This document shows, one piece after another, positions 61,501-64,000 of a stretch of DNA of 64,000 nt. How positions within the stretch are numbered: position 1 is the first letter of the stretch; every line of letters starts with the position of its first letter. The notes under the pieces are model-generated. The model did no database searches. It had not been told where the DNA came from and saw only the letters and a list, made by a program, of their open reading frames with translations. Source of the DNA: Klebsormidium nitens (taxonomy: Eukaryota; Plantae; Klebsormidiophyceae); NCBI GenBank assembly GCA_000708835.1, contig DF237065.1, forward strand, positions 1 to 64,000, written 5' to 3'. The translations under genes and the position numbers were made by a program.

Positions 61501-61759
61501 TAAGAGCATAACGTGTAACATAAGTGTAACATTTTACATAAGAGCTGTCCAAAGCACGTAACGTAAGAGCTCACCTCCCTGAAGGGAGCTGCCTAAGAGC
61601 AGGAACCAACGGCAGGAAGCCATTCTGTCCCGTAACTTTGAAGACACCGTCAGCTGCCGCTGGGGGTAGGCTAATTTCTGACTGCTGCACGGCACTTTGG
61701 GGCTGGTGGTGCTTGATTGGGTCACCACTAACCGCAGGCTTAACCTCCTTGATTGCCAT
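55568..61759 (-). CDS. IDO: Indoleamine 2,3-dioxygenase family heme enzyme, 8 exons
   Basis: Exons 61759-61575 (MAIKE..FKVTGQNGFLPLVPALRQLPSG), ~60931-60775, ~59845-59681, ~58923-58691, ~58269-58017, 57331-57135, ~56373-56251, 55807-55568. IDO motifs: AVYRDLSILTAAY, MEYSSYCLNNF, IRSFDGGPEEATFILIH, VRPWIFGY..FLRGETGAQSNIIPVLDALLGIEH, DYRPAGHRRYL, VYLFRAMHVIYSDLYI (proximal heme His position) and ATGGTPYKVYLRKHRDE. Confidence 0.92.
57019..57121. repeat. 33-34 bp minisatellite, 3 copies, at the donor end of an IDO intron
   Basis: caagaatctactaagataac(t/c)cataagaaaccca x3, abutting, with no spacers. Confidence 0.9.
57600..58075 (-). repeat. Three decayed tandem copies (period 133-140 bp) of the IDO exon-5 end plus donor
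   Basis: The (c)tcacc(t/c)tgagca..gcgcgtcatgcgcgtgct..ccccag motif at 58011 (true), 57871, 57736 and ~57603. Confidence 0.9.
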
Positions 61760-62254
61760 GCTCGATTGCTGGTTGGGGGTTGTGCGCTCGGAGGAGCCCG
61801 AAGAAGCTTGCTCTTTGAGCTGAACAGAGCTGAGGCTTGCGTCTTTTCCGTCTCCGGAACACAGCGTGGGAGTTTGGCAGCAATTGGTGTGAGAAAGTAT
61901 TGCACCAAGCAGGGAAAGTTTTAAACTGACAATTGATTGAGCAGAAGCACAGAGTTTGAGCCATATTGCTGGCCTTTATAGGCTGTGCTGCAGGTTTGCT
62001 CCAGAGCCCAAGGCTTGGACGTTGGGCTTGGAAGTTAGCGCCTTCAATCATAATGCGAGGAAGACGAGGGGAGGACTGTTGCTTTGCACAGTTGCGGGCG
62101 CCATGCTGGATCCCTCGTCAGGGCACGTCAGCTCGCCCCTCGCGCAGTGGTTCCCTCGTAGCGACCCTCTAGAGCTTCTCTCGGATGGGGGAATTCGCCC
62201 TGTGTGATCAATTCCGCTTGAGGACGAGCGAAATTGCGCGGATCTGCCTAAGCA

Positions 62255-62648
62255 TCCCGCGCAGGCCGATCCGTGGCCGATCAAAGATGCCCGGAACTAT
62301 CTACCGGGCAAGAGCTACTGGTAATTCTTCACGGGATTCAGCTCCCGGGGCTTACTTCTGAGAAGGCCGATCGTGGCCGATCATTGGCCGATCAATGGCC
62401 GATCAAAGCGCGCGGGGGAGTGCTCTCGGGTGCCTCGAGGCTTGAACATTTGGCTGAGATAAGTTCCCGGGGCTTGCTACCGGCGAGGCCGATCCTGGCC
62501 AATCAATTGAGCTGTGAATCCGCGGAGTGAACCTGCACGAGATTGATACCCGGGAGTCGATCACCGGGCATTTTACGCCAGCCAAATCTTAAGATTGACC
62601 GAGCCTCGATGAAATAACCGGGGAGGCCGATCAATTTTTGATCGGCCA
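62255..62648. repeat. Array of GGCCGATC motifs in degenerate 100-140 bp units upstream of IDO; possibly the subterminal region of a DNA transposon
   Basis: About 8 direct GGCCGATC copies plus one GGCCAATC variant in four clusters (62264, 62366, 62486, 62625), ending in the palindrome ggccgatcaatttttgatcggcc. Confidence 0.7.
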
Positions 62649-64000
62649 CTCTGAGCACTGGTCGCACGCGCATGCGGGCGTTCAACTTCAAGACTTCGAG
62701 ATCCAGCCCGCGCATGCGAGCTGCACATGCTTAGCAAGTTAGCATGCGTTCCGGACTGATTTGCGGTAGAGCAGTAGGACTGAGCAGGCGAGGCGATACA
62801 GGCTGCAATTGATAAATACTACATCTATTCAAAGCTGCTGCGGCCTTTCCGACTTTCTGTACATGAGACAGGCAAAATTACAGCTACTATAGTACAAGTA
62901 AACAAGCGCCATGCCAGCTGGCCAGAAGAGTTTGGAAAGTTGGGCACCAGGTTGGGGATTCCTGCAGATTCCTGCATCTGCGGCATCAGTTAAACACTGG
63001 GGAAGCGAGGAACTGATCAATTCATGCAGATCTGCACTGATCAGCAGAATTTTGGGTACGTATGTACGACGTATGACACATCAACGTATTGGACGACGAC
63101 CAAAGGCCCACATACGTTGTCCGTATGCTAGGCTGATTTGGAGGCTGTCTGAACGTACCGGCACATCCGAGATGCGTCTCCAGGTTAACAACATTCCCAC
63201 AACATTCTACTCATCGACGCTCCTCGCTTCCAAGTCTTGAACTCCCCGCACGAGTGCATTGCTTGTGGGGGCTCAGTGCCAGTACTTCACATCCTGCCTG
63301 TTCCTTCCTATGTTGCTGAGCTGACGGTGCTTGTAATGATAACTGGGACTGCTTAATCTGCTTACATCCCATGTCCGTTCAAAGTCGAACATACTTCTCT
63401 AAGATCTACTTATCCAAGTTTCAAATTAACGCCGCTGCATTTACCTTCGCATTTACGCCATCGTCACTAAAGGGCAATGTACAAAACGCAGAGACCACGT
63501 ACTGACCCCGTTCCCCCCCCGTTCTGGCAATCTGCACTAGTCCGTTGCTTCGTTGCTCAAGGGGCGCCTACGAACCTTTTGCAAGTGACCCCAGTAACAA
63601 CGGAAATGCAGTGCTAAACCGCAAACGGTGCCGCACTCTCGTCGACTTTGCCAGCTCAGCCTCGATCAAGTTTACTTTTGCTATTCACACAACACTGTGC
63701 TTTGCTGTACTCTCGTGCAGTGCTGTTTCTGTGTATGTCCTGAATGTCTAGATGTGGATGAAATGGAACGGTTAAGACATAAGCAAGACGTATTGAGGTA
63801 AGAGGACACCGTGTCGAAAGACAGCTACTAAGAACCGTAACAACGTGTTATGCAACGGGTCAAAGAATCCACATCACGGCCCTGACGCCACTTCCGAGTC
63901 CGTTCCGGTCAGGACTTTGAGTTCCGGTGCAAGTGCGTTCGAATCATTCGAAGCTTCATGTATTTCATGCATTGTGGGGCATACCAAAAGTAATTCGACA

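Noticed and set aside
63495-63542. Possible Helitron 3' end (CTAG-T)
   Set aside because: No convincing hairpin upstream of the CTAG.

Overview
Eukaryotic, intron-rich genomic DNA with GC-rich exons. The mix of a SEUSS-family co-repressor, a plant-type LPEAT and a flagellar CFAP99 gene suggests a flagellate streptophyte alga such as Klebsormidium; this is inferred from gene content only. Stitching exons by GT/AG and reading phase gives eight multi-exon gene models: an unknown gene (+, ~0.5-4.8 kb), an IQ-motif/coiled-coil gene (-), CFAP99 (+), a coiled-coil protein with T/S-F-x-P-x-I/L repeats (+), a membrane-anchored P-loop AAA+ ATPase (-), LPEAT (+), SEUSS (+) and an indoleamine 2,3-dioxygenase (IDO; -). 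The window opens with the dead 3' end of a DIRS-like tyrosine recombinase. The most striking unexplained structure is a window-wide pattern of 'splice-junction echoes'. In six of the eight genes, exon ends plus their splice sites are serially tandem-duplicated into the neighbouring intron, in units of about 83-200 bp (mostly 130-175). The copy next to the real exon is usually the most similar and deeper copies more decayed; one 1.2-kb SEUSS intron is built almost entirely of such echoes growing inward from both ends. Other highlights are an IDO with bacterial-like motifs in a plant-lineage genome, an intronic inverted pair of paralogous coding fragments that differ mainly at third codon positions, and a possible cluster of three ciliary genes. 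All gene models were assembled by eye; exon limits may be off by a few bases and none is supported by transcript data.
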